Shown piece by piece: positions 1-12,838 of a stretch of DNA of 64,000 nt (within the stretch, counting starts at the first letter, position 1; every line of letters starts with the position of its first letter). The stretch spans positions 152,148,001 through 152,212,000 of the forward strand of contig NC_042998.1 of the NCBI RefSeq assembly GCF_006345805.1, given 5' to 3'. The translations under genes and the position numbers were made by a program. Source of the DNA: Octopus sinensis. Taxonomy: Eukaryota. The notes below the pieces were generated by a model. The model saw only the letters and a list, made by a program, of their open reading frames with translations. It made no database searches and had not been told where the DNA came from.

Positions 1-885
1 GGATATTACCAATTGTTTTCATGTTTGGTAAAATCCGGCTTGCACTTTTTTTTTATGTATTAGACATTCACTAGTACAACACCAAAAAAAACCCCAAATA
101 TATGGCACAGAACTTCCAACCTGTTGTCTCTTGAGGTCTCTGGGTGAGACTTGGAGCCAACTTGTACAGACATAAAGTAAAAGTCAAACATAGAATAATA
201 ATAATAATAGTAATAATAATAATAAAACCAGGCCAACACAAACACACATGGACGCGCACACAAGCACACACACGCATACACACGCACATACACGCACGCA
301 CGCACACACATAGACGCACACACTCACGCATACATACACGCATGCACACACCCCACACACATACACGCTCGCACATACATGCACATACATACATACACTT
401 CAGTCTGCCTCTCAAACACCCTACAACTGACCATCTCATCTGCGCACATGTGCACAATCACACAACTACACAAAAGACTACCACTTCCGTTACCATAGCT
501 GCTGAATTCTTCCTACAACAATAACAATGTTATATATGTGTGAGGTATGCATAAGATTTGGAAATACTGGAAAATAGTTTGGGGAACATAATAGTATCAA
601 AACAGGAGATTCGAAAATTTAGGGCTATTATATATCCATTATTACACGTGTTCCATTTGTTAATAGGAGTTATTAAATTGTACATGTAATAGAAAACATG
701 TAACATATTCATCAGATAGAGAATGAAATATCATTTGATTCTCCATCTGAAGAATATCTAACTGGAGATATCATAACATGTTTCTACTAAACATACAACT
801 TTCTAAGTCCTATTAGCTAATGAAACACGTAAAATACTGAGTAAATAATAAAAGAAAACTTTCTGAATTCCTGAAATGAGTGTGT

Positions 886-927
<42 letters not shown>

Positions 928-1088
928 ACACATAGGTAATGATTTTATATTCGGGTATACACCTTGTATTATGCCGTCTAATGTTTACGGTATTCAGCTA
1001 TGTGATGCCAACTGTATGGAGATATATGCTACTGGATTTACTTCGGGAATTCCTTTGTGTTCGTAGAGTTTATACAATATTAAGAGAC

Positions 1089-1526
1089 GGAAAATGGAAT
1101 TTAATGAATTTTTATTCACTGCGATCGTTTCGATCCATCGTGCACCGGTACAAGCTGTATAAATAATTGTGGTGCAGATGTCTCCCCAGGTGACTTGTCA
1201 AAATGTACTTCGCTTTTTTTTAGTCGTTCCATTTATTTTTATATCAACCCATTTTATCTGTTGTAGTGTGCTAAGCGTCTACAGTTCCTTGTATAGACAC
1301 GCAGCACGCTACAACTAATAAAATGAATTGTTATACAAATAAAAAAAATAAAATGGATTGTTATACAAATAAAAACGAGCTACATTTTGATAATTCACTT
1401 GAGGTGAGATATCTACAAAGATGGTACACCGCAATTGTTTGCACACCATCTCAACTGTGAGGTACCGGTGCACAAGGGTCGAAACGATCGCAGTGAATAA
1501 AGAGTTTTGTGAATTCCATTTTTTCC
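1089..1526. mobile_element. Foldback MITE-like element with long imperfect terminal inverted repeats
   Basis: ttattcactgcgatcgtttcgatccatcgtgcaccggtac near 1113 is mirrored by gtaccggtgcacaagggtcgaaacgatcgcagtgaataa near 1462. Imperfect complementarity continues inward and outward. No ORF. Confidence 0.7.
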
Positions 1527-2364
1527 TCATATATATACATAAATACTACATACATACATATGTGTGTGTGTGTTTATGTATGTATGTATGTATGTATGTA
1601 TGTATGTATGTATGTATGTATGTATGCATGTATGTATGTCAGGTCACTTTCGAGTGCTACTGGTAACATGTAGCCCAGTACAACCTGTTGCATGGTCGGG
1701 TCGTCGGCGACTAAACCGGCAACCCCACCAAGCTTGCTTGGTGAGGAGGGTGTTTATTGGACACCCTGCGGGATGAAAAACAAAACCCGTCAAAGGGCGG
1801 AGGAACTCTTGAGAGTCAACGGCCATCCAATAAATGTCTTAAGGATGTATCATGCGCGGGAACAGAAATAATCGGACTGAATACCCGATCGCACGTTTAA
1901 ACCATTGGGAGTGAAGGACTCCTAGCCTTTGTTAGGGCATCCTTCTAGGAGAATGTAACTCAGGTAACTGGGATAACTCCGACATAAAACCTGCGGCTCA
2001 GTGGTTACCGATGATGTTGACTTGTTCTTCTTTTCGGATTATGGCTGCTGTTGCTTAGTGAGTAGGATTGAATCAGTGCACAGCCTTTCCTCACTTAAAA
2101 AAAATCTTCTTGCACAGGCATTGCGTGATAACAACATTGATTAAGCTTCGTGCAATGGTCATATTCGATAACGAGGGGGCAGCCACCATGTATGTATGTA
2201 TGTATGTATGTATGTATGTATGTATGTATGTATGTATGTATGTATGTATGTATGTATGTATGAATGTATTATGTATGTATGTATGTATGTATGTATGTAT
2301 GAATGTATTATGTATTTATGTATGTATGTATGATGATGATGATGGCCGTCCATTCATGACTGAG

Positions 2365-5130
2365 GAAGATCCATATTATGCTCATAGCACTTCTGCATCT
2401 GCCTTGCTGTGAAAATCATATCCATTGTCCCTCAACCAGATCAGAAACCACATACAGATAGGGCATCATTAACGAGACACCTATTCAGGCGGCTAAGAAG
2501 AATATTTGCCAGGACCTTGCCAGCAGTTGAAAGTAGAGCAATATTTCAGTAGTTACCACACATTGTTCTGGCTCCTTTTCTGTTATAGAGAGGAAGAATA
2601 ATTGCATCCTTCCAGTCCTTAGGCATTGCATCATCCCTCCAGACTACACTAATAAGTTCATGAAAGGGTTGTATGATGTAATCACCACCAAATCGCAACA
2701 CCTCAGCACAAATTCCATCGCTTCCAGGCGCCCTACCAAGATTCAATTTACTTATTGCTTTCATTACCTCATCTATTGAGGACATGAAATTTAAGGAGCC
2801 AATGATAGGTCTTTGTTGCATAATATCGATCACTGTTTCATCCACAACTGACTCATGGTTCAAGAGTTCAGAGAAGTGTTCGATTCAGCAACCTGTGATT
2901 TTGTTCAATTAGTAAATAGAGTAGAAGACTCCTTGGAAAGCAAAGGAGCTGATGTAGAGCTCTTAGACCCATAAACTTGTTTCATAGGATGGTAAAGCTT
3001 CTTGCTGTCACTTGCATCAGCAGCAGCCTGAACATCACGAGCAAGATCATCCCACCAGGGATTCTGCATTTTCCTGAGAGATCGCTGCAGTAGTGATTTT
3101 ACGCTGCTATAGTGGGTAGTGCTAGATTTCACTGCACAGCTGAAAGTCCTCGTGCAGCAATACATTGTGAGCATGATGCTTTACAACCATAGTCACCGAA
3201 CTTCAGCATCATTTTCGTTCCAAACTAGGGATTGGCAGTGAACCATCATATTCCTGAGAGATCGCTGCAGTAGTGATTTTACGCTGCTATAGTGGGTAGT
3301 GCTAGATTTCACTGCACAGCTGAAAGTCCTCTGTGCAGCAATACATTGTGAGCATGATGCTTTACAACCAATAGTCACCGAACTTCAGCATCATTTTCGT
3401 CAAACTAGTCTCGGTGATTGGCAGTACCATATCCTAATGTTTCAGCAGCACATTGAAGAACCTGATCTCGAAAATCTTCCCATATTGTATGTCGAAGCTC
3501 TGTCCCCAGCACAGAATAATATATCTTGTGGACATTCAGACGCTCAGGAATGCCAATCCTCATCCCGAACTTTGCTCGCACCAGACTGTGGCCTATCAAG
3601 AATTCCAATCTATGAAAGAACTTGACATTACAAATGTCATAGAAGTCAGGCTTGCGAATGCTGACATAATCCAGCAAGTGCCAAACTTTAGACCTTGGGT
3701 GCACTCAAGTTGTTGTGTGATTACTTTTGTGCATAAGATGAGCGTTTGCGATGTAAAGTCCATGTTCATTGCAAAGCTCCAGCAGCATGAGGCCATTGCT
3801 ATTCATTTTCCCTACACCAAAACGTTCTAGAAAGTTCCATGTTTGCCAGTCTTTTCCAACCATGGCATTAAAATCCCCTAGTAGTATTTTTTGTCAGAAT
3901 TGGGGATTTTCTTAAGTATGGCTCTCAGCTGGGTATAAAAAATAGTTTTACCTTCATCACAACTTGTCAAAGTAGGAGCATAGGCACTTATTAGAATATC
4001 AAACCTCCCCATCTTTCAGGTGTAATCGTAGAGCTCCTGCAACTTCTTAAGGATATCAGATCGAACTGAAAATTCAACAACAGCCTCTCTACGCTGCTTC
4101 CTTTCCAAAACAAAATGTATCCACCTCCTACTTCCTAAAGCTGATCATCACCTTCTGTATGCGTCTCTGGAAGTGCAGCTATATCAATGTTATAGCGGTT
4201 CAGCTCGCGAGTAACAAGTGCAGTACATCTTTCAGTCAACAATCACTCTTGTTATCCAACAGAGTGCGCATATTTCAACATGAAATGTTCAAGTTCCATC
4301 CAGATTTTGTAAAAAAAAAAATCTTTGACATCCATCAGTCGCGCTTAACTGACCAGATACAGAAAGAAGACAATTTTTGGTTCACCTTTTCGAGAACCTC
4401 CCCGACCTCCGGGTGAGCAGTGCCCTCTCCAAATGGAGCTGCTCAGATACCCAAGCAACAACCGAATCCTATCGCTGTCTTGGGTGACAAGGAGACGACT
4501 TTATATCTAGTATTGGCTGCCTGCGTGTAGGTCGCAGACTACTTGTATCCAACCCGTCAGGTCTGCATGTTTCGCCACCTTTCCAGTTGCCGCAGGGCTT
4601 CTGAATAAAAATGAAATAAATATATGCTAAAAATAAAAAGACATATACACTGAAAATAAAAAATATATATAGAGAGAAAAAAAGCAGCACATATCGAGCA
4701 GAGGTCAACAATGCCTGTGCAGAGTTTTAGGTCCAATAAGCCCCCACCCCCCACTCTATTGACATTATCCAGAGACAAGCCAGAGTGAGGTGTCTAGTGC
4801 CAATATGAGTCGCAGGTTCAGAACTGTAGGAGCGCCATGATCTCTAGCACAAACCAAAGATCCCCAAAATGTCAAATGCCATTCCGAGAGATATGCTTCA
4901 ACAGAAGCTGAGAGGTGCTCACTCCCAGCGGTCTTTTAGCACCCTGGGCACCATCTCGGAATTTCAGTGTACCCGTGATACTGCAATATTGCCGTTGAGC
5001 CTGCATAGGTTCATCTGGCATTTCAACAGATCTTGTTTTTGATTCTGCTGGGTTTCCAGCAACCCTCCTCACCGGGTTAGCCCGGTGCCAATTTAATGGC
5101 AGACAATCCGATCAAGCAAAGACTGGTGGC
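2365..5130 (-). mobile_element. Degraded RTE-clade LINE (APE endonuclease plus N-terminal RT), truncated at the 3' end
   Basis: Minus-strand pieces: GGGYILFWKGS and HPRSKVWHLLDYV (RTE APE), then RAPGSDGICAEV...PKDWKDAIILPLYNRKG...CGNY and TAGKVLANILL...TMDMIFTARQMQ (RT start). Many stops and frameshifts. Confidence 0.85.
3071..3433. repeat. Internal tandem duplication, period 180 bp, inside the RTE LINE
   Basis: ttcctgagagatcgctgcagtagtg... begins at both 3071 and 3251. The copies are nearly identical. Confidence 0.9.
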
Positions 5131-5334
5131 GATCCCTGCTGTACTCTTTCGCCACAACTTTCTCTCACTCTTTCTTCTGTTGAACTGCTCGCTCAGCCAG
5201 AGAGGGGGCGTCATTTGAAGGCTAAAACAATGCGAAGCGCATTGTGACCAGCGATGTGTAGCAATATCTGATAGCCTGGTCGGTCACGGTGATCACGGTG
5301 ATATATTTATATACACACATATATACATACACAT

Positions 5335-5375
<41 letters not shown>

Positions 5376-5496
5376 CATGTGTATGTATATATGTATGTAT
5401 AAATTAAGGATTATGCACGAACTGTATATGTATATATATTACGGAGATGTACTTGCATAGTAAGTGACCTGATCTGAGATCATGTGCTGAAACAAA

Positions 5497-5663
5497 AACA
5501 ATTGCAACGTGGGAGGTGTTTAGAAACCATCTAAAAACACACAAAATCGTTAGATTCACTTCAACATTAAAATTTAATTTGTCAAAATATTTTCGTCGCT
5601 TTGAAACCGTGACCTGTTCACTGACAAAATTCCGTGCTGCATCTGAAAAAGTAATAGTTCATG

Positions 5664-5694
<31 letters not shown>

Positions 5695-6073
5695 TGTATG
5701 TATGTATGTATGTATGTATGTATGTATGTATGTATGTATGCATGCATGTATGTATTACGTACGTTTGTATGTGTACATGTAAGTTTGTATGTATGTATTA
5801 CATACATACATTCTGTGTATCTGTTCAAGTTGTTCAGACACAGTACATAAACATAGTTCGCACGTGCATACACATATACACACACACACACCCACAAACA
5901 CGTCTACATACTTACATACCTAAATACTCACATACATACATACATAAGTACATAATACATAAATGCGTATATGCATGCATACGCATGTATACATATGCAT
6001 ACGCACATACATGCACACATACATAATACATACATACATACATACATACATACATGCACACATACATACATAC

Positions 6074-6104
<31 letters not shown>

Positions 6105-6222
6105 CATACATGCACACATACATGCATACATACATACATACATACATACATACATACATACATACATACATACATACATGCATACATACATACATACATA
6201 CATACATACATACATACATACA

Positions 6223-6253
<31 letters not shown>

Positions 6254-6421
6254 CCTGAACTAACTGTTACTTTCTCAAATGCAGCACGGAATTTTGTCAG
6301 TGAACAGGTCGCAGGTCCAAAGCGATGAAAATATTTTGACAAATTAAATTTTAATGTTGAAGTGAATCTAACAGTTTTGTGTGTTTTAAATGGCTTATAA
6401 ACACCTTCCACGCTGCAATTG

Positions 6422-6423
<2 letters not shown>
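5497..6423. repeat. Inverted pair of ~170-bp interspersed repeats enclosing (TATG)n/(CATA)n
   Basis: 5497-5666 is the diverged reverse complement of 6251-6423. The enclosed microsatellites are also complementary to each other. Confidence 0.85.
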
Positions 6424-6479
<56 letters not shown>

Positions 6480-6491
6480 GTATGTATATAT

Positions 6492-6528
<37 letters not shown>

Positions 6529-6530
<2 letters not shown>

Positions 6531-6667
6531 TTTTCCTTGGGGCTGGCCGGATCGGAGCGATCTCAAGATTAATCAGCCGAAATTGCGAGGATGATCCGGT
6601 TCTTGACTGAAGATTGAATGTTTTGAATGTCCCGTCCGTGTTTATCGTATCGTCTTCTAAATGTTTT
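6529..6667 (+). repeat. ~139-bp interspersed repeat, second copy at 10574-10712
   Basis: tttttccttggggctggccggatcggagcgatctcaagattaatcag... occurs at both sites. A diverged relative lies near 55040-55150. Confidence 0.9.
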
Positions 6668-6739
6668 GCGTTCTTGTCCCAATTTGTATTTTTTTACATA
6701 TACATATATATATATATATAACACCCTAATGCACACAAC

Positions 6740-9371
6740 ATGAACAAAAAGCACAAACAAAATAGATATTGTTTTGAACAGACCATTAGCAGTAGAAATA
6801 ACAGGAGATCATTTTCAAGACCTCAACAGAGATTACCCACAAGAAACTGGACAAAAAACCGATCTAGATCTAGAAGTAAACCCAGATCATTTCTCCAGGT
6901 GGTTAAAAACAATGCTAACAAGAAATTGAAAAGTAGCATACATAATACCAAAAACAAGACAGAAAACATAACGAAACCAAGTAAAGTATCACAACCAAAA
7001 CGCAAAATTCATCAAGCAAACATCAACAGGAATATAAATCATAACCAGAAAAATATCCATTTTTTTACGTCAGGACAACAAACACCGGAGAAAGAAAAAA
7101 TCCAAGAGGAAACATACCCCAAACAACTGAACGTATAGATCCTAAAATAATTAATTTATCAAAAAGAGACCTTGACAATGATGAAATCCAACTTCTGTCA
7201 AAAGGACTGAAATTCACACCTACACCAACAGCCAACCACCAAGAATTAAAGGAGGATATCCAAAAATTCTGTCGAAAATTACGACTTGTAGAATTCTTCG
7301 CTAACAAAAGTAATGAGATTGATGAATCCCTAGTAAGGAATAAATCAAATTTCACCCCACCAAAAGGAAGAAATAACTACCTTGACCAATACATTGATAT
7401 CCTGTCTAAATTTCCCCTTAGACGCAATACCAATGTTAGGCCAAACATTAGCAAATCAGAGATGTCTGCATGTAAACGTATACAAAACGATCAAACAATA
7501 ATAATTAAACAAGCAGATAAAGGTGGTGCAATTGTTATTATGGATACCGAATACTATAAGGATTTGGTTGAAGACCAACTGAAGGATACAACCTTCTATT
7601 GTGAAATACCCGCAAATATAGACCACCACATCATGAAAAAGATCAACAACCTGATTTCAACACACCACAACTCAGTTACGGATAATGAAAAAGACTACAT
7701 CACCAATTTTGAACCAAAACCCAGCAACTTCTACGGCTTACCAAAAATACACAAATCAAAAAACATTCAACAGGCAGTAAAAGAACAAGAAAGTGAGTAC
7801 ATAAAATTATTACATCCAAAAGACCTAAAACTTAGACCTATTATAGCTGGTCCAGCATGCCCTACACACCGTCTAAGCAATTTTATTGACATTGTTTTGA
7901 AACCACTATGTACTTACATACCAAGTTTCATCACGGATGACATCGACTTCCTGTCCCATCTTCCCAAACAACAGAAACAAATTCAGTTTTACTAAGTTTT
8001 GATGTGGTAAGCCTCTACACCAATATTCCACACGATTTAGGAATAAAGGCGATTAAATACTGGTTAGAAAAACATAGAGAAGTGATTCCCAGCAGATTCA
8101 CAGTGCCATTTATATTAGACACAGTCAAACTTATTCTAGAAAATAACACATTCTTCTTCAATGGAAAGAATTACATCCAAATTAGAGGCACGGCGATGGG
8201 AACGAGGTTTGCTCCCGTTTACGCCAACTCTGTAATGGGATACTTAGAAGAACAACTCTACCAAGAGGTGGGGGTAAACTATGGCACTGGATTTAGAAAG
8301 TATATTGAAAAGGCATGGAAGAGATACCTAGACGACTGTTTCATAATCTGGACAGAATCTCTAAATACTCTGGAAGAGTTCAATATCCTCCTGAACAACC
8401 TACACCCATCTCTCCAATTTACAAAGGAGATAAGTAGTACTAAATTACCATTCTTGGATATAATGGTAATTAAAAAAGACACCACCATCACCACAGATAT
8501 ATACTATAAACACACAGACACACATCAATACCTAAATTTTAAGTCGTTCCATCCACCACATACAAAACGTAACATCCCATACTGCCTAGCCAGAAGAATT
8601 TGTACTATTGTAGAAGATGCAAATATCAGGAACAAACGCCTAATAGAACTAAGAGAATTTTTGCTCAAACAAAAATACCCATCTCTACTTATAGAAAATG
8701 GCATACAGCGGGCTATAAAAATACCCATACAACAACTTAGGACAACCCAAGGAAGAGGAAAACAAGAACAAGTCATACCATTCATAGTGACACACAACCC
8801 ATGTCACCAGAATATCTTCAACATTGCCAAAGCAAACCTACCAATCATTGCCCAAAGTAATGAATTAAAAGACATAATCACGGATCGAGCTATGGTGCTT
8901 AGTAAAAGACAGCCTAAAAACTTGAAAACATTACTAACAAAGGCAAAATTTGGCCTCAGCAACAAAGACCAAACATTCACGGTATCTAAATGCAATGATA
9001 GCCGATGTGGCACATGCCAATTCATACATACCGGTCAATATATAAACACAAAAACCGGGAAAATATTCACAAACGCGAATATGAACTGCAAAAGCAGAAA
9101 TTTAATTTACTGCATCAAATGCCCAAATTGTGAAGAAATATATGTAGGTCAGACGGGAAACGCACTATTAGAACGCTCACGTGTACACCGGCAACAGATT
9201 AGAGACCCAGAGGTCCGTCAGATACCTTTGAGTAACCACCTAGCAACATGTGGTCGGAAAATATATATAATATTTCCATTCTACAAATTACACAGCCCAA
9301 GTGAAATCGAGAGGAAAATCAGAGAAAAGAATTTTATTGATAAATTCGAACCCAAGCTAAATAAGCAATAA
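6740..9371 (+). pseudogene. PLE RT-GIY-YIG ORF broken by about three frameshifts
   Basis: Open segments are 6740-7138, ~7045-7995 (no stop from 7141 to 7995) and 8004-9371. Frame changes fall near 7061, 7110 and 7965. No internal stops in the RT or EN core. Confidence 0.9.
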
Positions 9372-9866
9372 TAATAATACTTAGAGGTATTACTTCCACT
9401 GCTACGACCATGACCACTAACAACAACAACAATACTAAAGGTGATCAAGATGAAGATAGCAGGAAAATTATCTTATTTAGGGTTAAAAATTCTATTGCCA
9501 CCACCATCACCACTAGCAACAATAATTAAGGTGCTGACAATGATGATGATGACAATTGAAATATAAAAATATAAAAATCTCTGACAAAGGATATTTACAA
9601 CATTTCTAAAAATAACTCAACAATTGCTGCTTCGGCCAGGGTCAAGATACAGGACTCTTGACATGTCCAACAAAGCGTGATGCCTAAACCAATCAGCTCA
9701 ACCAACCAATCAGCTTAAGTAATTGAGTGATACTACACACTGATTGGTCAGAATACAGTTTGCAAAACCTAGCACTCTGGAGCCTCTCCCAGCTGTATTT
9801 ATAGCACAGAATCAATCATCTTCCTACAGTCAAAAATTGTGAAGCATGACTGTCAACACTACTACA

Positions 9867-9911
9867 TGAACCCGAAGATTGCAGAATTCAATGCATGAAA
9901 GTACTAGTTCA
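9867..9911 (+). ncRNA. Minimal type I hammerhead ribozyme with variant core CCGAAGA
   Basis: tgaac-CCGAAGA-t-tgca-gaattcaa-tgca-t-GAAA-gtac-TA-gttca. Stem I is 5 bp, stem II is 4 bp plus a U.U pair, and stem III is the palindrome AGTACT. It lies in the PLE 3' region. Confidence 0.65.
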
Positions 9912-10073
9912 ATCAGAATGAATATTTAACATTCTACTATTTCATTTTATTTTATTCAATTATAATATATTATCTTATAATATATCATTATAAGATTGTA
10001 AATAAAACGTGAAAATCAGACAAGGTTGGAATTCTTTTTATTAATATATTCTTCTATACACAATCACACACAC

Positions 10074-10141
<68 letters not shown>

Positions 10142-10148
10142 GTATGTA

Positions 10149-10712
10149 TAGCGGCGCCCGTACCCTTTTGGTCTGATATGTAAGTACATATTTCTTTAAA
10201 TTTGGTACGACTCTATAACACTGTTTCTCTCTCCCCCCTCGCCTACATTTCTCTGCCTTTCACACTTTGCACTCCACTTTGATCTGTCTCTTTTTCTCTC
10301 TCTCTCTTCTCCTCCTCCTTTTCACTTTTCTCGCCTCTGATTCTTTGGTCTCCTCTTCTCCCACTCCCTCACTGATTCTGTCACCAAGCCAATCCTTGGC
10401 GCGCTCTCTTTCTTTTCCCCTCTTTAATTCCTTCTTTCTCTCTCTTCTCCCCTCTTTGGTGCCTTTGTCCCTCTTTTTCTCTGTATTTATATTCGTGTGG
10501 CATCGTCCGTTTTTCTGTCTCTGTTTCGTATACATTCGATCTTTTTTCCAAGAAATCTAATGCTCGTAGCTTAGTTTTTCCTTGGGGCTGGCCGGATCGG
10601 AGCGATCTCAAGATTAATCAGCTGAAATTGCGAGGATGATCCGGTTCTTGACTGAAGATTGAAGGCTTCGAATGTCCCGTCCGTGTTTTTTGTATCGTCT
10701 TCTAAATGTTTT
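10149..10712 (+). repeat. Non-coding interspersed element, with a permuted relative at ~54570-55270
   Basis: Shared blocks: tagcggcg...cttttggtct...tatgtaagta, gtacgactct, and ttcgtatacattcg...tcta..gctc.tagctta. The first block is at the start here and at the end in the 55-kb copy. Confidence 0.65.
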
Positions 10713-10719
10713 AACAAAA

Positions 10720-10818
10720 TTCCTTTACTTTCAACACATGTTTCGAAGACTGCATATTCTTAATTCCGAAAGAATAAAGGGTGCATTATGCCGTCTTCTC
10801 ATCAGGAAAGACAAGGAA
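10720..10818 (-). ncRNA. Type I hammerhead ribozyme (inverted copy of 13490-13588)
   Basis: Reverse complement: ttcctt-gt-ctttc-CTGATGA-gaagac...gtcttc-GAAA-catgtg-TT-gaaag-ta-aaggaa. Confidence 0.8.
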
Positions 10819-11387
10819 CCTCTATCAGCCTCAAGACGGACAAAAATTTTTTTTATGGCTTCCTACATGGTGTTCACAGTGATAATGAGTGTTTTTAAAA
10901 AAAACCGTTATAAGCAATGACGTCAAAATATGTTGGAAAGAGGAAGTTATGAAAATAAGAAGGGGACAGTATGCATGCTGTATGTATGTGGATACGGAGG
11001 TGTTTGCTCTGGTTAATGAGTTTGATTGCTTATGTGTGTGTATATAACTGCATTTATGTCTATGTATATGTGTATGTGTAATTATGTGTGTGTTGGAGAC
11101 AATTGTCAAATAAATATAGCGGTAAGGTGAAAAATTGTATCTGTGTGTTTGATTGAGCATATGACAGAGATAGAGAGGGAGAGAGAGAGAGGGGGAGAGG
11201 GGAGAGAGAGAGAGAGGGAGAGGGAGAGAGAGAGAGAGGGAGAGGGAGAGAGAGAGAGAGGGAGAGGGAGAGAGGAAGAGATAAACATACGCTAGTGACA
11301 TTTAGTATTATTGTTTTATGCAACGGAGTAGACATAAAAGAGACGTGAAATTAATTACTAAAACAGAGAAGCTATCTATATCATTTA

Positions 11388-11813
11388 TCATTTATATGAA
11401 TGGAAGGTGTGTTTATGCCAGTGCTTACACTTATAGGAGTTTCCTATTAATGTGTTAACCAAGGGGAACTTGGCGAAAATGATATAGAAGAGCTCGGAAT
11501 TACAAATTCCGCAAAATTTCCAGCCCTTATCAAAAGGAAAGGATACAGACAATATGGACCAATTCAGCTTGAAAGTTATATTGTTGTCCTTAAGACGCCA
11601 AACTAATTTACTTAGTCCTGTACTTTGTTGTTTTCTCTTATTTCGGAACGTTGAATAATGATTGGAAATTCTCTGGGATAATCTGGAAGTTGTTGCACCA
11701 ATATAGAAGAAGACATCGGTACCGGTAGAAATTCTACACTGGTAAATGGAATTTTTAATTTTGGAGTTACTGGACAAGAAACTTAATCTGTTAGGGTTTA
11801 CTTCCGAGATCAA
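11388..11813 (-). CDS. GIY-YIG endonuclease domain of a PLE (intact domain, orphaned from its RT)
   Basis: IYQC...YIGATT...RISNH...STGLSKLVWRLK...W.IL...CGIC...C.H..KH matches the C-terminal EN pattern of PLEs. Confidence 0.8.
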   Translation of the reverse strand: MISEVNPNRLSFLSSNSKIKNSIYQCRISTGTDVFFYIGATTSRLSQRISNHYSTFRNKRKQQSTGLSKLVWRLKDNNITFKLNWSILSVSFPFDKGWKFCGICNSELFYIIFAKFPLVNTLIGNSYKCKHWHKHTFHSYK

Positions 11814-12771
11814 GACGGAGTTATTATTGATATGACTGTTGTTTATATTATTGATGATGAATTGACTAAAGCCAACTTCTTAGACATTACCCTAAATCTG
11901 CAAAATAATTCGTACTTCCCTTACAATAAGCCTTCTACTAATCTTAAATATATCAGCATTATCAGTAATCATGCCAAAACAATTACCGATAATTTAATTT
12001 AAAATATTTCTTTAAGACTGTCAAAATTATCTGCTAATGTTGACATCTTTAACAAAAAAAGCTGAATTTTATAACGTCGTCTTGTCAAAAGCCGGTTATA
12101 GAAATAAAGTATCATACATCGACCCAGCCCATTCTAATCCAATATATATTTCCCAGAATAAGAAAACTAATAACAATAGGAATAGTGAGAATAGTGGCTT
12201 TAGTTCTAACTACGTCGGCACCTCTGTACATAAGAAAAATAATTTACGGACCTGGGGTGGCAATCAACACCCAACCCCAAATTTACACCACAGCAATTTT
12301 CCCTTTACTGTGAATAGTAACCCTATGAGCAATTCTAAATCTACAAAAAACTATATCTGGTTTGTTATACCTTTCGGAAAACAAATCAAATCGAACCTTC
12401 CTTTACAGTTCCGTAAAGCCGTGGCTAGGAACTTTCCCACGAATTCTAGGTATTGTTCTATTATAAATTCACATAAGGTGAGAATTGCATTCTCTAACAC
12501 TAGAAATCTTTCACAAATTATCGCTTCCCATAATAACAAGCTGCTAAACAAAGATTCTTCACCCGGAAGATCCAACACTATTCTTATCAATTCCAACCAA
12601 ACATACAATAATAATAATAGAAATAGTATTGATAGTAGCAACATTCGTAGCAACGTTAGTGTTAGCAATGATATTATTAATAACAGCACTAGTCGGGTTA
12701 ATAACAATGGTAGTGTTGATGGTATCAACAACAATATTTCTATTGCCAGGAATATTGCCGGTTGTAATACA

Positions 12772-12838
<67 letters not shown>

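Larger units (their letters stand above)
6720..10065 (+). mobile_element. Near full-length Penelope-like element (Neptune-like), RT plus C-terminal GIY-YIG, inserted in (TA)n
   Basis: Motifs: KIINLS...LLSKGLKFTPTP, FYGLPKIHK, LRPIIAGPACPTHRLS, SFDVVSLYTNIPH, GTAMGTRFAP, RYLDDCF, Cys linker CNDSRCGTC, and IYCIKCPNC...YVGQT. Flanked by (TA)n on both sides. Confidence 0.95.

Noticed and set aside
6529-10712. Direct repeats flanking the Neptune-like ORF as if they were LTRs
   Set aside because: They are separated from the element by (TA)n, lack TG...CA ends, and belong to a family also present near 55 kb.
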